From Methanocaldococcus sp. 28A (GTDB lineage: Archaea; AGJL01; Methanococci; Methanococcales; Methanocaldococcaceae), in the NCBI GenBank assembly GCA_049852185.1, contig CP187540.1: DNA of 64,000 nt. One strand, written 5' to 3'. The notes beneath the pieces are model-generated. The model searched no databases and had not been told where the DNA came from. It saw nothing but the letters and a program-made list of their open reading frames with translations. Below are positions 30,373 through 41,667 of the stretch, piece by piece. How positions within the stretch are numbered: the stretch's first letter is position 1; every line of letters begins with the position of its first letter. Both the position numbers and the translations under genes were made by a program.

Positions 30373-31057
30373 TAAAGATGATATATTTATTGTTATTCCT
30401 GCATTTAATGAAGAAAAGATGATTGGAGAAACTTTAAGAAATTTAAAAAGAGAGGGATATAAAAATATAATTGTTGTTGATGATGGCTCAATGGATAAAA
30501 CTTCTGAGATAGCTAAAAAAGAGAATGTTATTGTATGTAAGCATATTTTAAATAGAGGATTAGGAGGAGCATTAGGGACTGGAATTAAATGTGCTCTACT
30601 TTATAAACCAAAGATTATTGTAACCTTTGATGCCGATGGACAGCATCATCCTAAGGATGTTGAGAAGGTAGTTAAACCTATCTTAGAAGGCTATGATTTT
30701 GTTGTAGGAAGTAGAATGATGGACAAAAATGAGTTAAAAAACATGCCTTTAGTTAAAAGAATAGGTAATTTTGGCTTAAATTTTATAACCTACTTAATGG
30801 GAGGGTATTTTGTAACAGATAGCCAAAGTGGTTTGAGGGCTTTCTCTTATGAAGCTGCTAAAAAGATAATAGATGATTTGAAAAGTGACAGATATGAGGT
30901 TTCATCTGAATTTATAATTTTAGCTAAAAAACATAAATTAAATCTTAAAGAAGTGCCAATAAAAACTATCTATACTGAATATTCAATGAGTAGAGGGACC
31001 AATGTAATAACTGGATTTAAGATTTTATTTAAGTTAATTATGCAGAAGATTTTTTAA
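30344..31057 (+). CDS. GT2 glycosyltransferase (dolichol-phosphate sugar synthase-like)
   Basis: VIPAFNEE, VVDDGSMD, NRGLG, FDADGQH, DSQSGLRA. Confidence 0.92.
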   Translation: MNQKQNSQINKDDIFIVIPAFNEEKMIGETLRNLKREGYKNIIVVDDGSMDKTSEIAKKENVIVCKHILNRGLGGALGTGIKCALLYKPKIIVTFDADGQHHPKDVEKVVKPILEGYDFVVGSRMMDKNELKNMPLVKRIGNFGLNFITYLMGGYFVTDSQSGLRAFSYEAAKKIIDDLKSDRYEVSSEFIILAKKHKLNLKEVPIKTIYTEYSMSRGTNVITGFKILFKLIMQKIF

Positions 31058-31080
31058 TAGGACTTTCGCAGGAACAAATA
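31054..31080. repeat. Solo family A terminal repeat overlapping the GT2 stop codon
   Basis: TTAATAGGACTTTCGCAGGAACAAATA. Confidence 0.7.
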
Positions 31081-31482
31081 TTAAAATAAAGTGCTAAAGA
31101 CCCTATGTCTCCAGCGGTGGAGTTTTCATCTGAATTAATTACCTCCCTAAAGCAGAGTTTCTTAGCGACAATAAATGGTAAGATCCTTGATTTTTAAAGA
31201 ATATATTACTTAAAAAGGTTTGTATTTATTTCGTTCTCTGCAATACTACCAGTTAAATATAATTTTCCCATTATTAGAAACTGTTAAGATAAGGTTAGGA
31301 GACAATTATAGAGGAAGATAAAAGATTCTATTTTAAGATTTATAATTTATTTGCATATTTTGATATATTTATTTAATTCTTATCTTGACCGTCCAAATAT
31401 ATATAAAGTAAAGTAAATTATTAATATCACTATTATAAATATAATTGCATTATTATCATCATTTAAAAATTGGTGAGAGATT

Positions 31483-32598
31483 ATGAGTAAAATTGGATTT
31501 AGCCCAATAAAAATAAAATCTTTTTCAAAGATTAAAACTTATGATGATACATTACCATCATTGAAGTATGTTGTATTAGAGCCTGCGGGATTTCCTATTA
31601 GGGTTAGTAGCGAGAACGTTAAGGTTTCTACTGATGACCCTATATTATTTAATATCTATGCGAGAGACCAGTGGATTGGTGAGATTGTTAAAGAGGGCGA
31701 TTACTTATTTGATAACTCAATCCTACCAGATTACGCTTTCAAAGTTATCTCAACTTATCCAAAAGAGGGAGGAATGATTACAAGTGAAACAGTATTTAAA
31801 CTTCAAACTCCTAAGAAAGTTCTTAGAACACAGTTTAAAAAAGCTAAGTTCAGCGAGATTATTGGGCAGGAAGATGCGAAGAAGAAATGTAGAATTATTA
31901 TGAAGTATTTAGAAAATCCAAAACTCTTTGGAGAATGGGCTCCAAAGAATGTTTTATTCTATGGTCCTCCAGGAACTGGAAAGACATTAATGGCAAGAGC
32001 TTTAGCTACAGAAACAAATTCATCATTCATATTAGTAAAAGCTCCAGAGCTTATTGGAGAACATGTAGGAGATGCCTCTAAAATGATTAGGGAGTTGTAT
32101 CAAAGAGCTTCTGAAAGCGCTCCATGTATTGTGTTTATTGATGAGTTAGATGCAATAGGACTTAGTAGAGAATATCAATCATTAAGAGGAGATGTTTCTG
32201 AGGTTGTTAATGCTTTATTAACAGAATTAGACGGAATTAAAGAAAATGAAGGAGTAGTAACTATAGCAGCAACAAACAACCCTGCAATGTTAGACTCCGC
32301 AATTAGAAGTAGATTTGAGGAAGAGATTGAGTTCAAATTACCAAATGATGTAGAAAGATTGAAAATTATGGAATTATATGCTAAAAAAATGCCAATTCCT
32401 GTTAAAGCTAACTTAAAAGAATTCGTTGAAAAAACCAAAGGATTTAGTGGTAGAGACATTAAGGAGAAATTCTTAAAACCAGCACTACATAGAGCGATAT
32501 TAGAAGATAGAGATTATGTTAGTAAAGAAGATTTAGAATGGGCTTTAAAGAAGATTGTAAGTAATAGAAGAGAAGCTCCACAGCATCTCTACCTTTAA
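31483..32598 (+). CDS. AAA+ ATPase (single-domain, Cdc48/PAN-related)
   Basis: GPPGTGKT, VFIDELD, AATN, SAIRSRF. Confidence 0.92.
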   Translation: MSKIGFSPIKIKSFSKIKTYDDTLPSLKYVVLEPAGFPIRVSSENVKVSTDDPILFNIYARDQWIGEIVKEGDYLFDNSILPDYAFKVISTYPKEGGMITSETVFKLQTPKKVLRTQFKKAKFSEIIGQEDAKKKCRIIMKYLENPKLFGEWAPKNVLFYGPPGTGKTLMARALATETNSSFILVKAPELIGEHVGDASKMIRELYQRASESAPCIVFIDELDAIGLSREYQSLRGDVSEVVNALLTELDGIKENEGVVTIAATNNPAMLDSAIRSRFEEEIEFKLPNDVERLKIMELYAKKMPIPVKANLKEFVEKTKGFSGRDIKEKFLKPALHRAILEDRDYVSKEDLEWALKKIVSNRREAPQHLYL

Positions 32599-33278
32599 TC
32601 CATATAATCAAAGTAATTGTCATAATGAATAATTAAATAATCTCCTACAATCCACAACTCTTTTTTATGCTTTCTATATAAATTTATAAGCTTTTTTATT
32701 GTTTTTTTATTTTCTCTCTTGAAGATTTCATCTAATATTATAGTTAATGCCTCAATAACATTAGAATTATTGAAATCTAAATCTGCTTTTATCATTTCAT
32801 CAATAACCTTTATTAATTCCTCATCATCAGCATTTTTGACAAACTGATTCCGTAAGAATGATTTAAATGTGTGAATATTCTTTTTTTCTAAGGGAATTAG
32901 CTTTATTAAATCAATGGCTTTATTTAATAAACTATCTATATCTAAAAACTCATCCCATAGGTAATGTTTAATAACTAAATTTTTTAAAATTTCTAAAATC
33001 TCATCTTTACTTTTATTTTCTAATTGTTTAAAGATTTCTTCTGCATCTATGTAGTTGCTGTTTTTGTATGCCTCAATTAAAGCATAAGCATGTTTGCAGT
33101 TGTATCTATAAGGACATGAGCAAGAGCCAAAGTAATTGTTTAAATCAACTTTAACTTTATATACATCAGAGCCAATAACTTCCCCAAATAAAAAATTTTT
33201 ATACTTTATACAGTATTTTACTAAGTTGTTTTTATAATATAATTTACCTCTTTCTATTATTTTTGGGTCATAATTCAT
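32595..33278 (-). CDS. SWIM zinc finger protein
   Basis: ERGKLYY, CSCPYRYNCKH. Confidence 0.85.
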   Translation of the reverse strand: MNYDPKIIERGKLYYKNNLVKYCIKYKNFLFGEVIGSDVYKVKVDLNNYFGSCSCPYRYNCKHAYALIEAYKNSNYIDAEEIFKQLENKSKDEILEILKNLVIKHYLWDEFLDIDSLLNKAIDLIKLIPLEKKNIHTFKSFLRNQFVKNADDEELIKVIDEMIKADLDFNNSNVIEALTIILDEIFKRENKKTIKKLINLYRKHKKELWIVGDYLIIHYDNYFDYMD

Positions 33279-33476
33279 AATATCTCCTTAATTTTTTATT
33301 CTTTAATTTTTTGATAATATTTTAAAAATGTAGTGATATAGGAAGTAGAGATATTATATAAACAGTCAGAAAGGAGTTTAAGAGTGTTAATGTCTTATTA
33401 ATAATGTAAAATATTAATTTATAATATTATATTTATAAACTCAATTTTTGTAAAATCTCTTTCCTGGTGATGAATA

Positions 33477-34739
33477 ATGTATATTGGAATTGACGATACA
33501 GACAGCCCAGATAAATACTGCACTACATATATAGCAACTTTATTAATAGAGGAGTTAAAAAGCCATGGATACAGTGTAGATATGCCAAAACTCATTAGAA
33601 TGAATCCAATGGTTAAATATAAAACAAGAGGTAATGGTGGAGTGGCAATACATGTTTTAGATGAGCTATATTCAAAAGATAAGGAAGAGATTAAAAACAT
33701 AACCATTAGTTTAGTTGAAAAATACACTGATTTTGAATGTGAAAATACAAATCCTGGAATTGTGTTTTTAGATGAAATAAAATATAAAGAAAACAGGGAT
33801 ATTCTTAAAGATTATTATAAAAAAGTCCTTTATGATATAGTTAGCGTTGATTATGCTGAAAAATTCATATTAAAGGTTGGAGGGGAGTTTATAAAATATA
33901 AATTAGGTAGAGGAATAATTGGAGCTTTAGGAGCTATATCATCAACTCCACCTTACACTTACGAGCTTTTAGCTTACAGAAAGAAGGGGATGTGGGGAAA
34001 GAAGAGAGTGATTGATGAAAATAGTGTTATAAAAATGGATAAAGAAACATTCCCTTACACATTCGACAACTACGATTATGAAAATAATAAGATTTTAATA
34101 ACACCAAACACTCCATGTCCTGTTTTATTTGGAATTAGAGGAATTGATACTGAGATTTTATTAAAAGCTATAAACATGATTGAAGGAGAAAAACCAGAGA
34201 GATTTATGATTTTTAAAACAAACCATGGAACTGATGTTCATCTAAGAAAAATGAATATTAAGGATATTTATCCAAATACAGGAGTTATTGTTTATGGAAA
34301 AATAATAGAGATGCCAAAAGATATAGAAGGTGGGCATGTAATATTTAAATTATCAGATGGAACTGGAGAAATTGATTGTGTAGCTTATGAGCCAACAAAA
34401 GGATTTAGGGATATTATAAGAAAGTTAATAGTTGGAGATTATGTGGCAGTTTATGGAACTGTAAGAGAAAAGCCATTAGGAATAAATATTGAAAAGATAA
34501 AAATTCTAAAATTGGAAAAAAAGTTTGTTAAGGATAAAATATGCCCCTATTGTGGAGGCACATTAAAAGCAAAGGGTAAAAAAGCTGGTTATAAATGTAG
34601 AAAATGCAAGAAATCTATTGCTTACGATGAAATCAAAAAGATAGAGGTTGAGAGAGACATAAAGATTGGATTTTATGAAGTGCCTGGCTCTGCAAGGAGG
34701 CATTTAAGTAAGCCAATACAGTTAATAGATTTAATTTAA
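33477..34739 (+). CDS. tiaS: tRNA(Ile2) agmatidine synthetase
   Basis: IGIDDTDS, NP..KYKTRGNG, GRGIIGALGA, OB fold, C-terminal Zn ribbon CPYCG...CRKC. Confidence 0.85.
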   Translation: MYIGIDDTDSPDKYCTTYIATLLIEELKSHGYSVDMPKLIRMNPMVKYKTRGNGGVAIHVLDELYSKDKEEIKNITISLVEKYTDFECENTNPGIVFLDEIKYKENRDILKDYYKKVLYDIVSVDYAEKFILKVGGEFIKYKLGRGIIGALGAISSTPPYTYELLAYRKKGMWGKKRVIDENSVIKMDKETFPYTFDNYDYENNKILITPNTPCPVLFGIRGIDTEILLKAINMIEGEKPERFMIFKTNHGTDVHLRKMNIKDIYPNTGVIVYGKIIEMPKDIEGGHVIFKLSDGTGEIDCVAYEPTKGFRDIIRKLIVGDYVAVYGTVREKPLGINIEKIKILKLEKKFVKDKICPYCGGTLKAKGKKAGYKCRKCKKSIAYDEIKKIEVERDIKIGFYEVPGSARRHLSKPIQLIDLI

Positions 34740-34759
34740 ATTAAAGGAGAGGATGACAA

Positions 34760-35917
34760 ATGGATATAACATACAAATTAGCAAGCTATAGAATTTGCTC
34801 TCCAGAGGAGACATTTGAAAAGATACAAGAGGTATTAAAAAAGATTCAAATAATAGAAATTAAAAATATACAACATTTAGACAAATTGGGAATTCCAGTT
34901 TATTATTTAAAAAGGAAGGTTATTGTGGATGGAAAAGAAGGAGAGGCTGTGCATTATGGAAAAGGGGCTAATGATATTCAAGCAAAGGTCTCTGCATGTA
35001 TGGAAGCAATAGAGAGATTTTCAGCAAGTTATGATATAAATAAAGTTAAAGAAAAAGCAGATAATCCAATAAACATTGAAGATTTAATATTGCCTCAATA
35101 TGCAGATAAAAATGTCAAAGAATGGGTTGAGGGAATTGATATTATTAATGATGAGGATGTTGATGTTCCAGCAGATGCTGTTTTTTATCCTACAAATGGA
35201 AAATTGTTTAGAGGAAATACCAATGGATTAGCAAGTGGAAACAATTTATATGAAGCTATTTTACATGCTACTTTAGAGATTATTGAGAGGGATGCATGGA
35301 GTTTAGCAGATTTAGCAAGAAGAATTCCAAAAAAGATTAATCCTGAAGATGCAAAAAATCCATTGATTCATGAGTTAATTGAAAAGTTTGAAAAAGCTGG
35401 AGTTAAAATAATTTTGAAAGATTTAACGTCAGAGTTTGAGATTCCTGTTGTTGCTGCAGTGAGTGATGATTTATCAAAAAATCCTCTAATGCTCTGTATT
35501 GGAGTAGGATGCCATTTACATCCAGAGATAGCTATTTTAAGGGCTTTAACTGAGGTTGCTCAAAGTAGAGCTGCCCAATTACATGGATTTAGAAGGGACG
35601 CCAAGTTGAGGAAAGAATTTACTTCAAAAATCTCTTATGAGAGATTAAAAAGAATTCATAGAAAGTGGTTTGAATTTGAAGAAGAGATAAATATTGCAGA
35701 TATGCCAAACAATGCAAGATATGACTTAAAAAAGGATTTAGAATTTATAAAAGATAAAATCTCAGAGTTTGGATTTGATAAATTAATATATGTTGATTTA
35801 AATAAGGTTGGAATTGATGCAGTTAGAGTTATAATTCCAAAAATGGAAGTTTATACAATGGATAGGGATAGATTATCAAAAAATGCATTTGGAAGAGTTA
35901 AAAAAATATATTATTAA
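34760..35917 (+). CDS. ycaO: YcaO-family McrA thioamidation protein
   Basis: GKG...[35 protein letters not shown]. Confidence 0.9.
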   Translation: MDITYKLASYRICSPEETFEKIQEVLKKIQIIEIKNIQHLDKLGIPVYYLKRKVIVDGKEGEAVHYGKGANDIQAKVSACMEAIERFSASYDINKVKEKADNPINIEDLILPQYADKNVKEWVEGIDIINDEDVDVPADAVFYPTNGKLFRGNTNGLASGNNLYEAILHATLEIIERDAWSLADLARRIPKKINPEDAKNPLIHELIEKFEKAGVKIILKDLTSEFEIPVVAAVSDDLSKNPLMLCIGVGCHLHPEIAILRALTEVAQSRAAQLHGFRRDAKLRKEFTSKISYERLKRIHRKWFEFEEEINIADMPNNARYDLKKDLEFIKDKISEFGFDKLIYVDLNKVGIDAVRVIIPKMEVYTMDRDRLSKNAFGRVKKIYY

Positions 35918-36834
35918 TGGGAGAAATGCTTTAATTCAAATACATCTAAATTTTTATTTTGTTCTTTATTTTTTTCTTTGAAGAAGTCTTCTAATATTTT
36001 TCTTTCTTTTATTAAACCAACTGAATCTGCCCTACACTGCCCACAAGCTCTAAACTGCGGGATATATTTTTCACACTCTTCTCTAATTCTCTTTATTTCT
36101 TCACATGTTGGAGCTCTTAGATGTTTCATCTTATATAATGGAATTAGAGGAATAATATTCTGTATATAAGCAAAATCTTTTAATTCTTTGGCAATATCAA
36201 CAATATGTTCCATATTTATCTCTGGAATTAGAACAGTATTTATTTTTATTATTAAACCTTCATCATAAGCTTTTTTTATCCCGTCTATTTGGTTCTCTAT
36301 CAGTATTTTAGCCCCTTCAACGCCATGATGTATTTTTTTATCATAATATACCCATTCAACTATATCTTTTAAAATCTCTGGATTTATAGCATTTACAGTA
36401 ACAGTGACTGTTTTTACATTTAAATCAGCTAATTTCTTATAGTATTTATTTAATAGCAACCCATTTGTAGAGAGACATTTTATTAAATCTGGAAACTTCT
36501 CATCAATAATCTCAAGTGTTTCAAATGTCTCTTTGTTAAATAAACTATCCCCAGGTCCAGCAATACCTACAACTTTAACATTTGGAATCTCTTTTAATAC
36601 TTTATTTAAATAATTTTCAACATCTTCTGGTTTTAATACTGATAAAGCTACTCCTGGCCTATGCTCACACGCCTCTTTACCTAAACTTCTTCTACAAAAT
36701 TTACATGCTATATTGCATCTTGGAGCTACTGGCAAATGAACTCTACCAACTTTATCATGAATTTTTTCGTTAAAGCATGGATGAACCTTTGTTATATGGG
36801 AAAATTTTAACATCTTTGTATTTTTTGTATCCAT
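35914..36834 (-). CDS. nifB: NifB radical SAM protein (SAM-domain-only form)
   Basis: [37 protein letters not shown]. Confidence 0.9.
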   Translation of the reverse strand: MDTKNTKMLKFSHITKVHPCFNEKIHDKVGRVHLPVAPRCNIACKFCRRSLGKEACEHRPGVALSVLKPEDVENYLNKVLKEIPNVKVVGIAGPGDSLFNKETFETLEIIDEKFPDLIKCLSTNGLLLNKYYKKLADLNVKTVTVTVNAINPEILKDIVEWVYYDKKIHHGVEGAKILIENQIDGIKKAYDEGLIIKINTVLIPEINMEHIVDIAKELKDFAYIQNIIPLIPLYKMKHLRAPTCEEIKRIREECEKYIPQFRACGQCRADSVGLIKERKILEDFFKEKNKEQNKNLDVFELKHFSH

Positions 36835-36956
36835 ATTACCACATTTATTATTTTTTAAATATCCTTCTAATTTCTATATTTTGCATAATTTAAAAATTTT
36901 CTATATCAATAAATTTATATCGATAAGTATATTGGATAAAAATTACAAAGTTAAAT

Positions 36957-37068
36957 TATAGTTTTGTGCAAAAGTGTTTATAATGAATAAGGTATTAATG
37001 AATGTCTACCTATTGGAAGACATTCAAATTTTCCTTATAAAGTTTAGTTTATTTTGCACAAAACTATA
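36957..37068. mobile_element. Family B element (variant TIRs) containing the mvk stop codon
   Basis: TATAGTTTTGTGCAAAA / TTTTGCACAAAACTATA; hairpin GAATGTCT..AGACATTC. Confidence 0.85.
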
Positions 37069-37999
37069 TCATTTTACATTTAAAAATTTTTACATTCTCT
37101 TTATTTAATTCTTTTATCAGCTCTTTTTCTCTATTTTCATCAACTAAGATTATTACACTTCCTCCTCCCCCAGCTCCTGTTAATTTTGCTCCAAAACCAA
37201 ATTTATTTCCAATATCAACAATTCTATCAAGTTTTGGTGTTGAGATGTTTAATTTCTTTAAGAGTTCATGATTTTCAGCCAGTAATTTTCCAAAATCTTC
37301 TTTATCATCAATTTTTAAGGCGTTTTCAATAATCTTATCAATTTCTTTAAATATTTCATCTTTATTTTCAATTTTTGCCACTTCATTAACTAACTCTGCA
37401 GTTTTTTTCTTTCTTTTTTCAGCATAGACAATTAAAAATTTACAACTTTTTAAGAATTTCTCAAAATCTCCTTTAATTTTCTTAAATTTGTTGTTTTTTA
37501 TTTCTAAGATGCCTTTATATGTTATTGTTGAAGTATCTGTAATACTTGCCTTTCCTTGAATCTCTTTCTCCACTGTATAACCAAGTTTTGCAATCTCATC
37601 ATCTTTAAGATGTTTATTATAAAATTTGCTAACTGCCTTTATTGTTCCAATTGTTATTGAGGCAGAGCTACCCAAACCACAACTTATTGGAATTTTTGAA
37701 CAGATATTTATCTCAAACCCTGTTTTTGGGTTTATATTTAAATAATTTATAGTGTTTTTTATTGCACAGAGGCAGTATTTGAAATCATCATAGTTATTTG
37801 GGTTGATATTTTTTATATTATCTAAATTTAACTTTAAGCTTTTATTTAAGTCATTTAAATTTAAAATTATTTCGTTTCTATCTAATTCTCTAATTTCAAT
37901 AATTGATGTTAAATCAATAGCCATTGCTATAGCTCTATAACCATAAACAACTGCATGCTCTCCAAATAATATAACCTTTGATGGAGTTTCAATTATCAT
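37064..37999 (-). CDS. mvk: Mevalonate kinase
   Basis: PSKVILFGEHAVVYG, PISCGLGSSA, KLTGAGGGG. Confidence 0.96.
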   Translation of the reverse strand: MIIETPSKVILFGEHAVVYGYRAIAMAIDLTSIIEIRELDRNEIILNLNDLNKSLKLNLDNIKNINPNNYDDFKYCLCAIKNTINYLNINPKTGFEINICSKIPISCGLGSSASITIGTIKAVSKFYNKHLKDDEIAKLGYTVEKEIQGKASITDTSTITYKGILEIKNNKFKKIKGDFEKFLKSCKFLIVYAEKRKKKTAELVNEVAKIENKDEIFKEIDKIIENALKIDDKEDFGKLLAENHELLKKLNISTPKLDRIVDIGNKFGFGAKLTGAGGGGSVIILVDENREKELIKELNKENVKIFKCKMI

Positions 38000-38023
38000 A
38001 ATAAGCCCTACTTTATCTCTTTA

Positions 38024-38100
38024 TTTGAAACTTTTAGAAAAAGTTTCATCAAAACGGATGTATTGCTTCCTAAAGGAAGCAATTCCTCTTTTTTTAGGTG
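38024..38100. repeat. Family C palindromic element (partial)
   Basis: TGAAACTTT-TAGAA-AAAGTTTCA followed by ATTGCTTCC-TAAA-GGAAGCAAT. Confidence 0.6.
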
Positions 38101-38103
38101 TTA

Positions 38104-39138
38104 TTACAATAGTGACGTAGTTCTTATTTTTATGTATTCGTTAAATGCTTCTCTTGTAGTCCCTACAACAACTCTTTTATATTTATTTCCATTTTTGTCA
38201 ATAACCTCCTCTAATTTTCCTCTTGCAATAATTTCTTCACCATTAAAGCACTGTCCAGCATAAGTATGGGTGAAAGAAACAATCTCTTTTATCTCTTCAT
38301 CATTATAACACTCTATCTCATAAATTGCAGGATTATCAAATGCAAAATCGTCATTTAAAACTCTTCCCTCTATTTGTATGAAACCCAAGTTTTTATATTT
38401 TTTGTCTCCATATTTTTCATTTATTTCATTCCATTCTCTTGTAAATAATAAATCAAACATTGTATTGTCTATAATTCCTCTATTAAACTTCCTTTTTTCA
38501 TAAAATACAAATTCCTCATAAGTTAAAGTTCTATCTTTTATTCTCTTTTCATAAGCTATTTTCCAAAAATTATCTGATAATGGCTTTAATTTATTATCTT
38601 CAAATGCCTGTTTTAGAGCTTCCCTTCCTTTTTTATGCATATCTTTTCCATAAATTACAAAATCGATATCTGAATTTTTATTATTTAATTTTAGCAATAG
38701 AGAGCCACTAACACCCATACTTTTAATTGGAATACCATAATCTTCTAAAATTAAAGCTAATTTTCTACATTTTTCTTCCAATTCACTTAAATTGTTTTCT
38801 TCATTAACAATATCATTTAATCTATCTTTTGGACTTAAAATTCTTTCAATATCTTCTTTTGGAATAGCATGCATTAAAACATTGATTGTTTCATCATAAA
38901 AAAGATATTTTCTAAATTTTTCTTTTAAAAATTTATAAGCTTTTTGAGATTCAGCCATCTTTACATACTTTCTTCCATTAATTTCTCTAATATTGTTTTT
39001 ATCTACATCAAAATCTACAAATTCATAAGGAACATATCTCAAAAAAGCAAAAAATCTATCTTCTGGATGATAATATGTATTTACAGCAAAATATAGTCCT
39101 TCAACAGTCTCTATAAAGTCTCTTATTCTTACTCTCAT
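38104..39138 (-). CDS. Predicted nucleotidyltransferase (Pol-beta superfamily)
   Basis: GVSGSLL...SDIDFVIYG. Confidence 0.8.
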   Translation of the reverse strand: MRVRIRDFIETVEGLYFAVNTYYHPEDRFFAFLRYVPYEFVDFDVDKNNIREINGRKYVKMAESQKAYKFLKEKFRKYLFYDETINVLMHAIPKEDIERILSPKDRLNDIVNEENNLSELEEKCRKLALILEDYGIPIKSMGVSGSLLLKLNNKNSDIDFVIYGKDMHKKGREALKQAFEDNKLKPLSDNFWKIAYEKRIKDRTLTYEEFVFYEKRKFNRGIIDNTMFDLLFTREWNEINEKYGDKKYKNLGFIQIEGRVLNDDFAFDNPAIYEIECYNDEEIKEIVSFTHTYAGQCFNGEEIIARGKLEEVIDKNGNKYKRVVVGTTREAFNEYIKIRTTSLL

Positions 39139-40658
39139 ACTATCACAGTTTCTTTTATCTTTTCAAGCCTTTTTAGGGACATTTCAGTATATAACTTTCT
39201 TAATAATTCAATATCTATATTAATCTCTCCATCTTCTATTGTAAATGGGATAATATAATCTTTAATTTCTTTATATGGTGGATATTTTGGATTCTTCATT
39301 ATATAATCTTTAAATGAAGTATTACTTATAACTAGAGCTCCAAAGTTCTTTATATAGTCAATTATAAAGTCATAAGCTTCATCCTTTGATTTTACTCTTT
39401 TAATATTGCATTCATTGACTAAATAATTCCAAATATCTTTTCCTTTAATTTTATAATATGTTTCCATATCTATTACAACTATTATGTATTTAAATCCTGC
39501 ATTTTTAATTTTTTTAATGAGGTTTTCTATAGATTTAGATGAAAGATTATGTATATTTCCTAAAACAGATAGGGCATCAATAATAACAATTCTTCTTGAT
39601 GGCTTTGGTGGATATATTCTTCTAAATATTTTTTCCTCTTTAATATATTCCCCAAGGAAAGAAACAATCTCACTATTTTCTAAATATTCTTCTAAATCGT
39701 CTATTGTAATAAATCTTGTAGAATACCATAATGGTACTGAATTATTAACAATCTTGTTTAGCATATCTTTTTTTATCTTCATTAATTTTTCCTTTTCTTT
39801 TAATTTGTTATATAAATCTTTGAGATTTATTGTTTCATCTATATTCATATCCATTAAAATCTTTAATAGATAACCTTCTTCAAATGTTTCTAACCCAAAG
39901 TTCTCACATATTCTTTTTAGTTCTTTATACTCTTCAAGCTCTTTTTTACTTAAAACTCCTACAGCTTTTGCTATCTTATATTCTTCTGCATCATTAAAAC
40001 CTTTACTTAATGCATCATTATACTCGTATGCATCCTTAAAACCTCTTTTTAAAGCATCTTGATATTCGTTAATATCGCCAAATCCTGCTTTTAGCGCTTT
40101 AACTAACTCATCAAAGTTTTTAAATCCTTTTTCTAATGCAAAGTAATAGAGTTCAGCATCATTTGAAAATGTCTGTTCTTCTAATATACCATAATTAAGA
40201 TATTCTATAATATACTTATCATCTACCTTTTTTGCTATATTCTCTTCTACAAGTTTTTTAAGTCCATTTATAAATCCTAGTTCTTTTGCTTTTTTATAAT
40301 CTTCAATATTTCTAAATCCAGAAGTTTTATATTTTTTATACTCATCAAGATTTCCAAATTCTAAGTATTCATAATACTCTTCAGCACTTAACCCTAAGGA
40401 TTTTGCCTCTATAAAATCTGACAATGATTTAAATCCATGAGTAGGGATATAAAATATAACGCCATTATCTACAAAGAAAAATATTTGCTCAAGGTTATCT
40501 TCATATCTGTAAATTACATTTTTTCCGAGAACTCTATGAGCTTCAAGAAATTCCTCAACACTTTTAACTTTAACCTTTGGTAAATTTTCGATTTCGTCAA
40601 CATCCACATACTTTATTAAATTAGCTTTTATCTTAAGAATATTTAATTTTTTGTCCAT
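39135..40658 (-). CDS. Repeat-containing protein with C-terminal NYN/Zc3h12a-like PIN domain
   Basis: Tandem 14-aa ALxxGFxDxxEY repeats; C-terminal IVIIDALSV ... GALVISNTSFKDY. Confidence 0.65.
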   Translation of the reverse strand: MDKKLNILKIKANLIKYVDVDEIENLPKVKVKSVEEFLEAHRVLGKNVIYRYEDNLEQIFFFVDNGVIFYIPTHGFKSLSDFIEAKSLGLSAEEYYEYLEFGNLDEYKKYKTSGFRNIEDYKKAKELGFINGLKKLVEENIAKKVDDKYIIEYLNYGILEEQTFSNDAELYYFALEKGFKNFDELVKALKAGFGDINEYQDALKRGFKDAYEYNDALSKGFNDAEEYKIAKAVGVLSKKELEEYKELKRICENFGLETFEEGYLLKILMDMNIDETINLKDLYNKLKEKEKLMKIKKDMLNKIVNNSVPLWYSTRFITIDDLEEYLENSEIVSFLGEYIKEEKIFRRIYPPKPSRRIVIIDALSVLGNIHNLSSKSIENLIKKIKNAGFKYIIVVIDMETYYKIKGKDIWNYLVNECNIKRVKSKDEAYDFIIDYIKNFGALVISNTSFKDYIMKNPKYPPYKEIKDYIIPFTIEDGEINIDIELLRKLYTEMSLKRLEKIKETVIV

Positions 40659-40765
40659 ACAATCACCATTTTATAAAGTATGAGACTAATTGAAGCTAAA
40701 ATCTTAGATATATCTTTAAACTTATTTAATCATGGATTTCTTTACCATAGTACTTGGAAAGTCTT

Positions 40766-41629
40766 TTAAAGTTTCTGCATGAAACTTTTTCTAATAATTT
40801 TTTTCATAACTTCTACATTAGGTTCTACACCAGTCCATATTTTAAATGCAACAGCCCCTTGATATACCAACATACCTAATCCATTTATTGTTTTTGCATT
40901 AACTTTTTTTGCCTCTTTTAATAAAACTGTTTCTAATGGATTATAAATTAAATCCATAACTACCATATCTTCTCTTAACTTATCAGCTTTAACTATTGGT
41001 TCTACATCAACATTTGGATACATCCCAATTGGTGTAGCATTAATTATTATATCAATATCCTCTAAATCTACGTCTAACCCGCTAAATTTAACTTCTTCAC
41101 CAAATTTTTTATTCAATTTTTTAGCTATCTCTTTAGCTAAGTTTTCTGCTTTTTCAACTGTTCTATTAGCTATTATAATGTTGTTATCTTTTGCCAATTC
41201 AAAAGCTACAGCTCTTGCAGCTCCCCCAGCCCCAAAAATAACTATGTTCTTATTTTTAACTTTCCCTATCTCCTCCTCTAAAGCCATCCTTGCTCCAATG
41301 CCATCTGTATTATAGCCAATTGCTTTTCCATCCTCTATTTTTATTGTATTTACTGCCCCAATTAATTGAGCATCTTTGTCTATTTCATCCAAATATTTCA
41401 TAATTTCTATTTTATATGGGATTGTTACATTAAATCCTACAATTCCTAAAGCTTTAGCTCCATCTATCACATACTTTAAATTTTCTGGCAAGACATCAAA
41501 AGCTACATAAACATAGTTTAATCCTTTATCTTTAAAAGCTGCATTGTGCATTATTGGTGAAAAAGAATGCTCTACTGGATGACCTATCAACCCTATAACC
41601 TTAGTTTTTGCATCTATCATTATCATCAC
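40766..41629 (-). CDS. aroE: Shikimate dehydrogenase
   Basis: HSFSPIMHN, NVTIPYK, GYNTDG, GAGGAARA. Confidence 0.97.
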   Translation of the reverse strand: MMIMIDAKTKVIGLIGHPVEHSFSPIMHNAAFKDKGLNYVYVAFDVLPENLKYVIDGAKALGIVGFNVTIPYKIEIMKYLDEIDKDAQLIGAVNTIKIEDGKAIGYNTDGIGARMALEEEIGKVKNKNIVIFGAGGAARAVAFELAKDNNIIIANRTVEKAENLAKEIAKKLNKKFGEEVKFSGLDVDLEDIDIIINATPIGMYPNVDVEPIVKADKLREDMVVMDLIYNPLETVLLKEAKKVNAKTINGLGMLVYQGAVAFKIWTGVEPNVEVMKKIIRKSFMQKL

Positions 41630-41667
41630 TATTTGTTTTTTATTAAAAACAAAAATTTAAAATAAAT

